Positions 49,407 to 61,757 of a stretch of 64,000 nucleotides of DNA are shown in pieces; position 1 is the first letter of the stretch, and each line of letters opens with the position of its first letter. Made by a program: the position numbers and the translations under genes. Source of the DNA: Psammoneis japonica (taxonomy: Eukaryota); NCBI GenBank assembly GCA_008632985.1, contig QPGO01000042.1, positions 248,001 to 312,000 on the forward strand, given 5' to 3'. Below the pieces are notes generated by a model that saw nothing but the letters and a program-made list of their open reading frames with translations, searched no databases and was not told where the DNA came from.

Positions 49407-51127
49407 TTAACTTTGGTTTTTGAACATGTCGATAATGGTCCTCTGAGTAAAGCGTTTGTTCGCAGCTTTCGGAATCGGTTGAAACCTAGTTGATACGACT
49501 TTCCTCCTTATTGATTGTTTGGTCGTCGCGAACTTCGGAATCATCTCTCGACGAGCGACTTTGCCGCCTGCGAATTTCTGGTCACATGCTTGTTCCGCAG
49601 GCTGGGCTGTTTCATCAATGTTTGTATTGTTCTCCTCATGAGTTCTAACGGAAGCAACCTCTTCTGGCGATATGTTGTGTCGGTTTTCGAGGACACCGAA
49701 GCTGGTCCTAGTCGGATTAGGGGTGGAACGACTTTTTTCGAACGCCGAAAAAGTAGTTAGCCATACCCCATCTGTGCTAGGCCTACTCATCTTTCTTCCT
49801 CGTTTCTTTGCTTTTTGCTGGAGAGCTGGAGCACGTTCTCGCTTTTTCTGGAATTTGCTTTTCTCCCCTGCATAGTTCAACTCTTCAGATGCAGTTTCGG
49901 ACATATCCGTATCTGGGGCGACGATAGGAATTTTATCAAGTTTTGGCAGGTCCGACCGAACAGTCTGTGTCGCATCATTTTCTTTATTGCTGCCACAGGG
50001 ACTTTGATTGTTCAATGTCGATGTGATGTTTTCGATTTTCAATCGTCCAGCAGACGAAGTGTCAGAAGGTATTGCATTTTCCTCTTCATCGAGTTTCTTT
50101 TCGGGCGATGGCACATCGGGTAGAAGGACGGAACTCTCTTCACTGGTAGTAGAGAGGCTATCCTGGCTGTGATCACTGCAATCGAGATATAAAGCTCCGG
50201 GTATTGGCTCCACAGTATCGTTACGCTTCGTGCATGAGTTTTCTTCACTTACACATGGTAGGCTGCAAGAAGCTGGATGACTTAGCTGACTCACCCCGAA
50301 GTCATCGTCGCTACCGACGTGTCTGTCACAAGGAGTCGAAGGGGAGGTGAAACTTCTCCTTTCTCATCCTGCTCCGTGTTGATGAGATTCTCTGTCTCTT
50401 CGATATGCTGATCTGTTGTAGTATCAGGGCGAGATCCTTCTTGTTTCTTCGCTTCTGCAGTTTCCTGCGGACGAGAAGCGGTATTCGAAGCTTCCGCCTT
50501 TTCCTCGAAAGTATGGTGCACGCCCTTTTGTAGGACGAATGGTGGAGCTTGTAAACAATTAGTGGTTGCTTGCTGTGTGCATTTGTGTACTTCAATTCGT
50601 CTTCCCGAAACCACTTGTTGCGCATCACTGGTTTTCGTTGGCGATGGATGGACACCTGGCGTGCGAATCTCGGAAGGATCGGCCTTATGGCTGTCGTTAT
50701 TAGAAGATTTTTTATTGCGATCCTCCTCTTTTGATTCGAACGGAGCAGACTCTGGCTTGTCACGCAATTCGTCTAGGATGGCTTGGAAGTCGTTGCTATT
50801 TTGCGAAGGATGCATTAGGTGGTCTCGAAAAGCTTTGCCAGATTCTCTCTTGGTTTGGGCACTCTCCTCCTTTCCTTGATCTGCATCGAACAGTTGTGAT
50901 GAACGACTCTCACCCAGAGAAGAAATCTCGAGATGCCCTTGAGACTGAGAGTGACCGTCGCCGACTTCCGATTGACTGCCATTCGTCGCATCGAGGAATT
51001 GGCGTCGGATCTCATCGACATATCGAGCTTCGAAGGTGTTTGCACTAAGGCCAGCATAGTAAATGCTTTCTTGAGTCTCTGCCTTTCGTCTATAGTTAAG
51101 AAGATCGTCATAAAGAGATTCGCTCAT
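49407..51127 (-). CDS. Hypothetical low-complexity (S/E/K/T-rich) protein, two ORFs probably joined near 50292
   Basis: Two abutting ORFs of about 295 aa with the same composition, overlapping by 4 nt at a GGGG run. Confidence 0.55.
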
Positions 51128-51482
51128 GTTCGAAGTTACGAACGATTGTTGACAAAAGATGAAAGATGACAAAGTTGGAAGTTACCGTAGACCGTAGATA
51201 CGGTATAGAGCGAAAGAGAAGGTTGTTCGGCATGGTTTGAATGCCACTGTCTCCATACTCAAACTTCGTAGGATTCTACACGATCTGCTTGAGATTTCGG
51301 CGCGACACCTACCGTCTGTTCACCCCCCGTCCCACCCTCTGAACGAGAGCTGATGAAGAGTCGACAGTGGACACACGCAACAAAGATGGACAGCCAAGTT
51401 TGAAGTTGTTCGTCATAATTGCGTCGCTCAACCCAAAGCAAGCGGGCTCTACAAGTAGTGGTGAATTGGAAGGACTGATTCC

Positions 51483-52319
51483 ATGTCATTTCCGTATTCC
51501 TCTCCCGAAGAAGAGCGGAGGGCTTTCTCGGAGGCCGCCGCAGCATTAGCTCCGGATTTGCCGCTGTTGATGTTTGGCAGCGGAGACGTGCAGCCAGAAG
51601 CGCAAGATCCGGCAGCTGTTGCTCTACTAGCAGAACTCACTGCGCAGTACGTTTCGCACTTGGTCGATGCTGCCGTTGATGCTCACGATCTCTTGACGGA
51701 CGGAGCTGGTGGTATCTTGCCACCCCCACCCGTTCCAAACAAGAGAGTGCCGCCTCGACCGGCTCCTCCGGAACCTGCATCCGTCCGCACCGCCATATCT
51801 ACAAAGCCAAAGCCGCTTCAGAAAAAGAGGAAGCTTGCTAATGTGGAATACTGGGACGATCCTCTCCCAGAGCCAAAGATACGCGTCAAAAATTCTTCGC
51901 AGCCGGGGCGAAAACAGAGCCCAGCACAAATCGCTCAGAACAACAATGTGCATGTTGATGAATGGGTTGGAGTGGCAGGCGTGGATTTTTGGGAAACGTC
52001 AAGATCACGTGGAGTACACGTCTCGACACCATATGCGATTGGTACGAAGTGCTTCATCTTCCCTATTTGCCATGATGCTGGCCTCTATGGAAGAGTAATG
52101 GAGGTGCAAGCCGCGAGGAGAAACATAGAACCTGTTTTGCTTGATCCAATAATAATGGACATTGTGAGGACAGAGGGAGGAAAGCTTGGTAATTCCACAG
52201 CAAACGCGGCAAACGCTAGTCCTGATCAGGGTGGGGATGAGGATGAAGAGGACGAAGATCAAGACCACCGTGCAATGTGGCCAGGATTGGAGTCTTTGCT
52301 ACCAATACACCGAGCGTGA
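51483..52319 (+). CDS. TAF13/Spt3 (TFIID-18kDa) histone-fold-like protein
   Basis: DLPLLMFGSGD..P.AVALLAEL...YV..LV resembles the TAF13 N-terminal motif LMYGFGD. Confidence 0.55.
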   Translation: MSFPYSSPEEERRAFSEAAAALAPDLPLLMFGSGDVQPEAQDPAAVALLAELTAQYVSHLVDAAVDAHDLLTDGAGGILPPPPVPNKRVPPRPAPPEPASVRTAISTKPKPLQKKRKLANVEYWDDPLPEPKIRVKNSSQPGRKQSPAQIAQNNNVHVDEWVGVAGVDFWETSRSRGVHVSTPYAIGTKCFIFPICHDAGLYGRVMEVQAARRNIEPVLLDPIIMDIVRTEGGKLGNSTANAANASPDQGGDEDEEDEDQDHRAMWPGLESLLPIHRA

Positions 52320-52444
52320 TGCAATGGACGATGATTGTTTCACTCCTAAATAGTATTCAATGATGAGAAAGCTGTTTTCTCCCTAGCTTTGTGGCTTTTC
52401 GTGTAATTTGTTGGATGAAAAGATCCCACCTTGTCTAGGCCCTA

Positions 52445-55400
52445 CAGTAGTGTCTTCCGACCGAGAATGAAATGGGCAGCTGTTGCTTTGAATAATTCAG
52501 TTGGAATGTGGAGCGGCCGGCCTTTTGCTCGCTCGCTCGCTCGCTCCAGAGCGACGACAACAGATGATTTATGCACCTCTGCTCGCTCGCTCTAGAGAGT
52601 AGGTTCCTACCGGTTGCATGCTGTGCTGTACTGTGCTCCTTGTGCTCTTGTGTTTTAGTTGGCGGCAGGCACGCACGTTGGTTAATTGCCTGGCTGCCTG
52701 GAACTAGTACAGTAATAATTATGGTCCTCGGCGAGCGAGCGCTGCGCTCTCGACCATTCGCAGTGCGCAATGCACACGACAATGGTTGGAGCCGAAAAGC
52801 GACAAGTCCGACGCGAGATTGCTTTTCAAAAGTGCCACATGACAAGTGCATCCACTCCTGCACTTTTCAATGGCACCAAGGTCTTTCTTTTACATCAAGA
52901 AGATGATTTCTTGCTGTCTGGGTGGGTGAGAGAAGATTGCCAATGAGTTTGACGAGCTGTCACCATGCTCAAATCTCTCCAACTCGAGAGTGAAAATTCA
53001 TCCCTTTCAAGTGTGAAAGCCTTTGTGAGGAGTTCAGCAGTGTTGGTGTCATTCAGAGTGATGACAAGCCAATCACCATCAACTGCCACCACAGCTGCAG
53101 GCAACCTTTTCATGCGGCAATGCATTTGCACAAGACTTCTTGGCTCAAAACCCTGGTGTCAAAGATTTTTGTGGGCTCGCGCCCATGTGAATTTTGGGTG
53201 GAAATGATGGCCCAAAAAATGATGAAAAACTTTGCTGCACCAGTTCACACACAACACAACTCCCTCCACATCTGACAGCCCAGGTTCTTTTTTGTGTTTG
53301 TCAGGTGCTCTCACTGCATCCTTGAGCTCAACCTGTCACACAAACGCAGCTTCTCAGCTGCATGGCACAAAACAGCATGTGGCGCAAGTTCAAATGGTCA
53401 AACAAGCCAGAAAAGTGCTTGCTTGAGTCACCAAGCCTTCTGCAAACAACCCAGCAACCAACAAAACAGCCAGCTTTGAGGCAGGTGGCATCAGCCTCTG
53501 GGTTGGCCAGCTGTCTGGATGACCCCGGTCAACCCCACATGACATTGTTTTTTTTTCATGCTCATGTTCTCACTGTTGAAAAGTGGCGCCTTTGACAAAA
53601 ACCAAGCTGCACATGAAGTGTGGCAAAGAAAGCTGACGTGCCCTGTCCAAAAAAAGAAGGATTTTCAGTGGTCACTTTGCTTTGTGGTTGTTGTTGTTTC
53701 TGGCAAAACACACCTGAGAAAGCTCAAAAATTCTTTTTGTTTCAAGTGGTTGAGGAGTCATCCAGATGTTGCAGCACCAACAAACCCCAAAAAAGACACC
53801 ATGCTCACAACAAATGTTGATGGTGGTGAGAACAAGTGAGTGGTCAGCTGCACAGAAGTCAGCACTGGCATTTTGAATGATGTGTTGCTGGAGCCAGCTG
53901 CTTGAAGCAAGCACAGGTAAACTTGCACCTGCAATGGCATAAAAGGCAAAACGCCCACTCGAAACATTGCGCAGTGTGCGCAGCTGTGGTGCTTTTACAC
54001 CAATGTGCAGAGCTTCTGCAAAAACCTTGGGGTGCACTTCAATGTCAATGTCAGCTCCACAGGTGCAGAAGCAGCACCGCAGGCTTGTTGACCAACCTTG
54101 CCAGCAAAAGAGTTGCAACTGCTGCACAGAAAATCCTGAATTGGGTCATTTTGGCTGGTGTGTTGCTCAATGCAAAATGAAGGCCTTTGATGAAAATGGC
54201 AGAGCAGCACCTTCACCCACATCCCAAGAAGGTGCAACAGCTGCCATTGCATGCCCAAGAGCTTTTGCACTGGATGTGAGTGCTGGGCAAGTGCACAGCT
54301 TGACCATGCATGCAATGCCAGTGCTGGAACACAGCAAGCAGATGTCCAGGTAGTGCCAGCTGTTGACTTCATTTTAACAAGACTCAGTGCCCTTCAACAA
54401 AAATCTGTCCAAGCCACAGACAGCACCAAAAACACATGTGTTGTTGTGACACATCTTGGATGTTCTGCAAAAATGACAAATGGCTTGCAAGAGTTTGCAA
54501 ACCCAGTGGCATGCTTGTTGAGGGCTGTTGTGTGCCCAGTGCTGGAAAATTGCACCATCAATTGTGTCACATTGCTGTTCTGCTGGTGTGGAAAAACCAT
54601 CGTGTGAAGACACCAGATGAGGCACATCAGGCTGCTGGAGCCAGCATGTCAACACCAGCAGCGATCGTCAAAGGTGCTCATCATTGAAGCTCAGCCAACA
54701 GCCCCAGAGGGATTGCTGCAGCAGTGGTCAAAGCAATTGCACCAGTTGAAGGGCGCACCTGCAAGGTGGTGGTTGACAAAGCTGAAAAATCTGCCACTGT
54801 CATCGTCTTCCAGAAAATCTTGTTCCAAAATTGCACTGCTGTGTGCTGCACTCATTTGAAAAAGTTCTTTGGTTGGCTGCAAAGCCATGGCATGTGGGAG
54901 AAAGTGATGCAACCCTGAGGGACCACCAGGTGGTTGTGTGGAGCAATGCTGCAGTGGTGGCTTGATGCTGTGTTGCTGTCAGAAACAAGCACAGAACACC
55001 AAATCATTTTCAATCATTTGGTGCTCCAGAACACAACAACCAAGGCAAGGTTGGTGGGGCAGGAGCTTGCAACAAGCATGCCATCAAAGCCAACGAGGAG
55101 CAGACATCCATTGAGAGGAGTTTGCTGGAGTGGAGGAAACAAAAACTTGGCTGTGCTGCTGGTGTGCTCACTGGCTGGGCCACTGATGACATTGGCGCAC
55201 TGAGAGAACACAGCTTTGTAAGCAAATGAACTGTCTTGTTGAGCAACAAGCTAGAAAAGATGTTGGGCACTAAATGGCAACAACAAAAAGCCTGCAATGA
55301 CACAACAAAAGAGGAGCTGCATCACAAACATTCCAAGCAGATGTGTTTGGCCACAGCATCAAAAAGCATGTTTCTTGGGGCCCGGATCAGAAATGTGCTG

Positions 55401-57459
55401 CAAACATTGTTGTGGGTTGGGAGCAGACAGCAAAATCTGCAGCATGAGCACTGCATGCTTGTTGAGGTTGTTTGAGTCAATGCCAGTGTGCCGCCTTGGG
55501 CCACAACAATGTTTTGCACCCACAGAGCAACCTTGACATGCCACCTTGAGTGCTGTGCACAAGCCATTGCCTGCATGCTCTTGAAGTTTGAGTGGCTAAC
55601 ACACTTGCACATGGTTGCTGCAACAAATGGAGCAACAGCACAAAGGAGGAGCTTGCAATGAGATTTGATGAAGGGAGAGGGGGGGGGGGGGGGGGGGAGA
55701 AAAGAAAAGAGCAGGGCAACAATGCAATGTGATGACAGGGTTGTGGGCCAGAGCAGACAATGAAATGTGCAACCTGTGCAAAAAATGACTTTGATTGCAA
55801 GCTCATGACTGACAAGAAACTCTTATGATGAAACTGTTGTGTGGAGTTTGCACAATGTTTTCATTGCTTTTGAACCTTTTTGGTGGACAAAATGTGGTTT
55901 GACAAAAACTGCAGCCTGCACCAATGCCAACAAGTCATCTGTCAAGTGCAACACTTGTCTGGGGTTGTTGCAAAACCTTGCATCCTCAACCTCACTTTGA
56001 AGTGCTTTCTTTGTAAATTTTAAGAAACTTGCCATGCACAGCAAAGTCTCTGGGCAAAATGCATGTGGCAAATGACTGAGCTGCACCATGAGATGCATCA
56101 ATTGGAAATTGCCAGTTGCTTGAGGGCTTTGGTGCCCCCATCTGAGGTGCTTGTCTGGTTGCCAATGAGTTGGAAGACACTCAAAACACAGAGCCAATGT
56201 GCAGGTGGGGAAGTGAGAAATCCTGCAGAACTCTCAAACTGCCACACAGTGCACAACTTCTTCTGCAGCACCACTCTTGTGGTGTGCACCCCATCAACCT
56301 CTGTCAACAAAAGTCCACAGCACTGGCGCTGAAAAACCAAGCCAGCAACACTTTTGCAAAGCCCAGCAGTGCTGGCTGGCAAGGAATTTACCCCCTTGTG
56401 GCAATGAAGCAACATGGTCCATCCCCCTGAGATGCACAGAGCACATGAATTGTTCAAAGCCAGCTGAAAAGGGTGGGACACACTGTGGTTTGCAACTCTG
56501 AGCTGTCCAGAGAGTTTTTTGATGCAAGTGTGGCCAATGGTGGCACAAACATTGGCAAAACAACAGTGCACCACAACAGCCAGAGCAAGGCCAATTCCCC
56601 AGCATCAAGCTCTTTTCCATCAGAGGATTTTGCTGCACAGTTCATCAACAAGAAGTGCAAACACTTGTCATTGAGTTTGTTTTCAATGTCTCTTCAGCTG
56701 CCCTCATTGAATGATTGAAAAAAATCACCAATGTCTTGGAGGAACTTCTTTTGGAGCAAAACCTTGTTGTGGAGGACCAGACAAAACTTGTGCCATTTGA
56801 CTTTTCTGTTTGGCTCAATTCTTCACATTGTCACTTGATTGCCAAGTGCAACAAGAACTTTTGTGTCACATTTTTGGGTTCACCACACTGGCCAACATTT
56901 GCTCAAACCATGGATGGTGACTGTTTTAATCTCAGTTGTTGCAGATGTCTTGACTCAACTCAACACACACAACTGCACTCCTGGTGAACAATGTCAACAT
57001 TTTTAGCTTCAGATGGTGCAAAGTCATCTTCTTTGTCTGATGACATTGTCTTGGCAACCCATGCAACCAAAGCCATTGTCAATTCCTTGCTGCAACTGTA
57101 AAACTTTGCTGCTGCACCTTGTTTTGCCAATGATGTTGCTGATCTCTTTTTGCAACCACGAGCTGTCATCCACCATTGTCATCTCATGGAAACCACTGCT
57201 GCTGGTTTTTGCAGCATCTTCCCAAGCCAAAACTTTGCTCACATCTGTTCAAGCCAAGGCATTGCAACCCAACAAGAAAAACAACAATGTTCAAAGTGAT
57301 GGACCACAGCAAATGCCTCCAGTCTGACAACATTTTGAACCATTCGAGACATTGAGTTTTGTGCCGTGCACGCACCTTGCTTTTTTTTTGGCGAGCAGGC
57401 CAGTCTACTACTAGCTAGAGAGTAGAGTTCTTCCAGAAGCGATTTGAGTGCAAACACTG
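52445..57459. mobile_element. Degenerate repeat/transposon-like block of unknown family
   Basis: About 4.6 kb TpA- and CpG-depleted interior with no intact gene and unmutated edges. Weak TA-CAGT...ACTG-TA candidate termini. Confidence 0.5.
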
Positions 57460-57580
57460 TACATTCCCCCCTTTCAAATTTTTCTTCATTACTCGTATTC
57501 TATTCTAAAGCAGTCAGCAACTAACCCACAAACAGAATAGACAGTGTGATGTGACCGTGTGATCGCGCCTTTCTCAATTG

Positions 57581-58954
57581 TCAACGCAAGACGCAACCAA
57601 TCCCCGTCTCTTCCGCGCAGAGTTCAAAGATCTGTTTGAACAATGGCATGGCGTCACTCGCAAGGATTCGATCTTCTGGATTATAGGCAAGCATCTTCTT
57701 CATGCAGGTAATCAGCTCCAACCCGCCCGTCACCTCTTGAAAACATTTCAATTTGGAGTTCTCAAAGACTTTGGCGCGGAGCTTGAGGTTTGCGTCGCGA
57801 ACGGGCAGCTTTCCAGTCAGAAGGTAGTACAGAATCACGCCACAGCTGTAAACGTCGACTTTGGTGGTAGTTCCTCCAAGAGTACTTAGGAGTAGTTCTG
57901 GAGCTCGGTACACACCTGTTCCAGGCCCTTCTGTTCCAGCGCTGTCTTCGTGAACGGTGCGTGCCAACCCAAAATCAATCACTTTCACCTCCATTTTGTC
58001 ATGGTCACGTTTGTCGCCGTCAGGGCAACCTATATCCTTTGCAAACAATATGTTCTGCGGTTTAAGGTCGCGGTGGATCACTCGCTGGCATTCGGCTGCA
58101 CTAAGAGCAATCATGAGCTGTGCCATGTAGCGAGAGATGCGGCGAACCATGATTATGGCATCCACTTTCTTGAAATCTGTGACGACAACATCTAACGTAG
58201 ATCTGCTGCACTCTTCCATGAGTAACGCCAGAGTAACCTTACCCTGCTCCTCCTCCTCGTCCAGTCGAACATCCAAGACAAACCACCCATATAAGTTGGC
58301 CACGTAGCGTACGCCATTGAGCAAAGAGTGGCAGTATATTGGTCGACATCCATATTTTGGGATATCGTCCATCGGGTGTACCTCCAACTTGAGGACAGCC
58401 GAGAAATTCGAGAAGGCGACCGGAACAACTTTGTAACAGGTTCCAAAAGCGCCACTATCAATCTTATCAGTAATATGTAAGCGGTCAAGGTTCCAGATAT
58501 ATCCAGCAGCTGCATGCTCTAACACATCCTTTGGTTCTGGCTTTCCAAGTCTCTTGTATTCATCATTGAATTGCTTAATCAAGTTGGGAAGGTCTTCAAG
58601 AAAGTGATCACTTGTATCTTCATGTTCAAAGTTCTCCAGACAAGGACGAAATATGTCATTCATTATCTGAAGTCGAACAGGGAACAGTGGTTCCCCTTTC
58701 TCCATCATTTCTGTGATCTTTGGCGCTAATTTCGTGTCGATTGTACCAATTTCGGTCATCTGAGAAGAAGTGGCTGTAGGGATCGTCGAGCTTGCAGCAA
58801 GGTTGTAGTCCATAGCAACACTGTTTCCCGCAGCAACGGTTTCTCCAGCATTGTTAAACAAGGATCCGTAGCCCAACTCATGCAGGTAAGCTTTGGAATC
58901 GTTGAGGAAACAATCAAGGATACCATGACCCGGATTGAGCTGCTCAAGCTCCAT
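57581..58954 (-). CDS. Intronless Ser/Thr protein kinase with unrecognised N-terminal region (may start at 59177 via 1-bp frameshift)
   Basis: 457-aa ORF with DSGAFGTCY, AVLK, HRDLKPQN, DFGLA, GTGVYRAPE, DVYSCG. Confidence 0.88.
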   Translation of the reverse strand: MELEQLNPGHGILDCFLNDSKAYLHELGYGSLFNNAGETVAAGNSVAMDYNLAASSTIPTATSSQMTEIGTIDTKLAPKITEMMEKGEPLFPVRLQIMNDIFRPCLENFEHEDTSDHFLEDLPNLIKQFNDEYKRLGKPEPKDVLEHAAAGYIWNLDRLHITDKIDSGAFGTCYKVVPVAFSNFSAVLKLEVHPMDDIPKYGCRPIYCHSLLNGVRYVANLYGWFVLDVRLDEEEEQGKVTLALLMEECSRSTLDVVVTDFKKVDAIIMVRRISRYMAQLMIALSAAECQRVIHRDLKPQNILFAKDIGCPDGDKRDHDKMEVKVIDFGLARTVHEDSAGTEGPGTGVYRAPELLLSTLGGTTTKVDVYSCGVILYYLLTGKLPVRDANLKLRAKVFENSKLKCFQEVTGGLELITCMKKMLAYNPEDRILASDAMPLFKQIFELCAEETGIGCVLR

Positions 58955-59290
58955 GTGGGCAGCCTTAGCGACCGGAAATAGTGATGGCCTTATCGGTATC
59001 GAGGAGTTTGTTGGTCATAGCTTGGAAAGCCCCACGCAAGTCCATTTGGGTCTTTCCGAAAACCAGAGCATCTTCTTCCTCGAAGGTAATCTTACTGGCA
59101 ATCACATGATGCTCTCTGCGGTTTTCACCCCCATTGCGGGTGCGAGGCGTGGGCGCTGTTGACAACCGCTCCGTCATGTTTCATTTGTTTCCAAAGCAAT
59201 CCACAGTCGCGTTTGGATCACTGCTTGCTACTCTAGAGCTAAAAGCTTTGGCTTGCTTTTTGCAATTTGGCTTGTTGCTTGATGATTTCT

Positions 59291-59668
59291 TCTTGCCAGA
59301 AGGCGATTCGGCCAGAAAATCGACTGAAATCGATGAAAATTCTGGCTAAAGTGCGATTTTGAAATTTTACGGCAAAAGCCAGTGGATATTCTTGCCAGAA
59401 GGCGATTCGGCGAGAATTTCCGACTGAAATCGAGGGAAATTCTGGCCAAAGTGCGATTTGGAAATTTTTACCGCAGAAGCCGGTGGATATTCTTGCCAGA
59501 AGGCGATTCGGCGAGAATTTCCGACTGAAATCGATGGAAATTCTTGCCAAAGTGCGATTTGGAAATTTTTACCGCAGAAGCCGGTGGATATTCTTGCCAG
59601 AAGACGATTCGGCGAGAATTTCCGACTGAAATCGAAGGGAATTCTGGCTAAAGTGCGATTTGGAAATT
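59291..59668. repeat. Tandem repeat, about 101-bp unit, about 3.8 copies
   Basis: Units begin tcttgccagaag at 59291, 59390, 59491 and 59592. Confidence 0.95.
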
Positions 59669-59854
59669 CTTGGCCTTTGCGCGCGCTGCCGCTTCAGAGG
59701 GGAGTGAGGTGGTCGATCAAGCCATGCATGCAATCCTGTGCAATGTGCAATCCACATCATCTCGTTCTCTCTGAAGCACTTTGGGACATTGCAAATCGGC
59801 AGTGCGAGTTGAGAAGTCAGTTCATTTCATTCTTTTTGAGGAGCAGGAGCGAGT

Positions 59855-61675
59855 ATGACGTTTCGAATGCTCCGGCGTGCATTGGCCTGTTGCGGCGTTC
59901 TAATTTTGTCAGTCATGGGGATTGACGCATTTGTTTTGCCTCAACAGGGAAATCGACAAATGAGGGTGGAACCAGCACGCGCTTCTTTCACAGTCGGACT
60001 TAGGCAAGCATCCACTCTCCGCATGGAAACTACCTCACCAGGGAAGGAAGCAACGAGACGGCGAAAGAAGACGGTGCAAGATAGGACACAGGAAGAAACA
60101 GTTGGCTTGATACGAGATATTGTGCAGGCTGTCGTCGAGGCCGGCCCGAGGGCTGGGCCTGCAAGAACAATTCAAGCTTACCTGGCATTCACTACCACTG
60201 CGCGAGATTTTTTGCCTTTTGGAGCGAAGCATGCGGAAGCATTTTCACCCCCAGTCGCTCTACGGAAACTCTTTGAGCGATTAGGCGCTACGTACGTAAA
60301 ATTGGGCCAGTTTGTTGCATCAAGTCCTACTCTCTTTCCGAAGGAATATGTGATCGAATTCCAAAAATGTCTTGATGCGACCGAGCCTCTCGAGTGGAAG
60401 ACTATTGCAAACGTGATCGAAGGGGAACTCGGTCCAATCTCAAAAACCTTTTCTTACATCGACCAAAAACCACTGGCTTCTGCGAGTATAGCCCAAGTAT
60501 GTGATGGATGTGTCTTTAAATACCTGTTCCATTCTTCTTTTAAAATTGGATCCCATGAAACTAATTCCTTTTTGTCTTTGTCTTTTTAATGATTTGCGGC
60601 TTTGTTCAGGTCCATGCAGCAAAGTTGAAGACTGGAGAAGACGTCGTTATCAAGGTACAGAAACCTCGTGTCGATGAGTCTCTCAAAGCTGATCTTAGCT
60701 TCATTTATGTCACCTCCAGAGTATTGGAGTTCCTGCAACCGGACTGGGAGCGTACTTCGTTGTCAGCTATTGCTGGAGATATCCGTTCGTCCATGCTCGA
60801 GGAGCTCGATTTCGACAAAGAAGCAACGAACTTGGAGGAATTTCGACGATTTCTGGTCGACAACGAGCTGACAAGACAGGCCTCTGCACCGCGAGTTTAC
60901 CGTAAGTTTGAAAACATGTTTTTGTTAGGTCTTTTGCTTCCTCTTATCGTTCTCGCCGCGTCTGCTTTCGACTCTGGTCAGGGGAACACACGACGAAGAA
61001 GGTGCTAACAATGGAGAGATTGAAGGGCGTGAGTCTGTTGATTCAGAAGCAATTTCCAAGATTGTTGACGACCCTGAGTCCACCATTATCACGGCTCTTA
61101 ATGTTTGGACAACGTCCGTTGTGTCAATGCCTTGGTTTCACGCGGATGTTCACGCAGGTAACTTACTCGTTCTTGATGATGGTCGCGTTGGCTTTATCGA
61201 CTTTGGCATTGTTGGCCGTGTGAGCGAAAAGACTTTCAAAGCAGTAAATGAGTTGAGCAATGCTCTAGCGTTGGGTGACTTTGAAGGGATGGCGGTAGCG
61301 TTGTGCAACATGGGTGCAGCTGATGAACAGGTTGACACCAAGAAATTCGGACAAGACATTGAAAGAGTGATGAAAAATATGAGCCAGGTTCAGCCCGATA
61401 TGGTTGTGACGGCTTCTGCGGATGGGACCGTCCAGGGATCTCTCGATTTTGATGAAAACGAAGTCACGAACTTGTTACTTGAGATCGTGGACGTCACTGA
61501 AGACAACGGGCTGAAACTCCCGAGAGAATTCGGGTTGCTGGTAAAACAAAGCCTCTATTTCGACCGCTACCTCAAAATTTTGGCGCCTAATCTGGACGTC
61601 GTTGGCGATGCACGGGTTGAACTTGGCCGCAATGGTGCGCTGAGCGGTGTTCCAGCGGAAGTAATAGACGTGTAA
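59855..61675 (+). CDS. ABC1/UbiB atypical kinase, likely plastid-targeted (apparent 1-bp frameshift near 61037)
   Basis: LGATYVKLGQF, PLASASIAQVH, VVIKVQKP, EELDF.KEA, VLTMERL.G, FHADVHAGN, IDFG. Presequence ..GIDA-FVLP. Introns about 60497-60609 and 60902-60981. Confidence 0.92.
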
Positions 61676-61757
61676 AGCATTTTTTGTTGAGACATCAACA
61701 CTCTTTTCCTTTTTTGTACAGTACATGCTATCTATACTAAATTGCGACTTAAGAAAA

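Noticed and set aside
59291..59668. Tandem array as a CRISPR array
   Set aside because: Whole units repeat with no unique spacers, there are no cas genes, and the context is eukaryotic.
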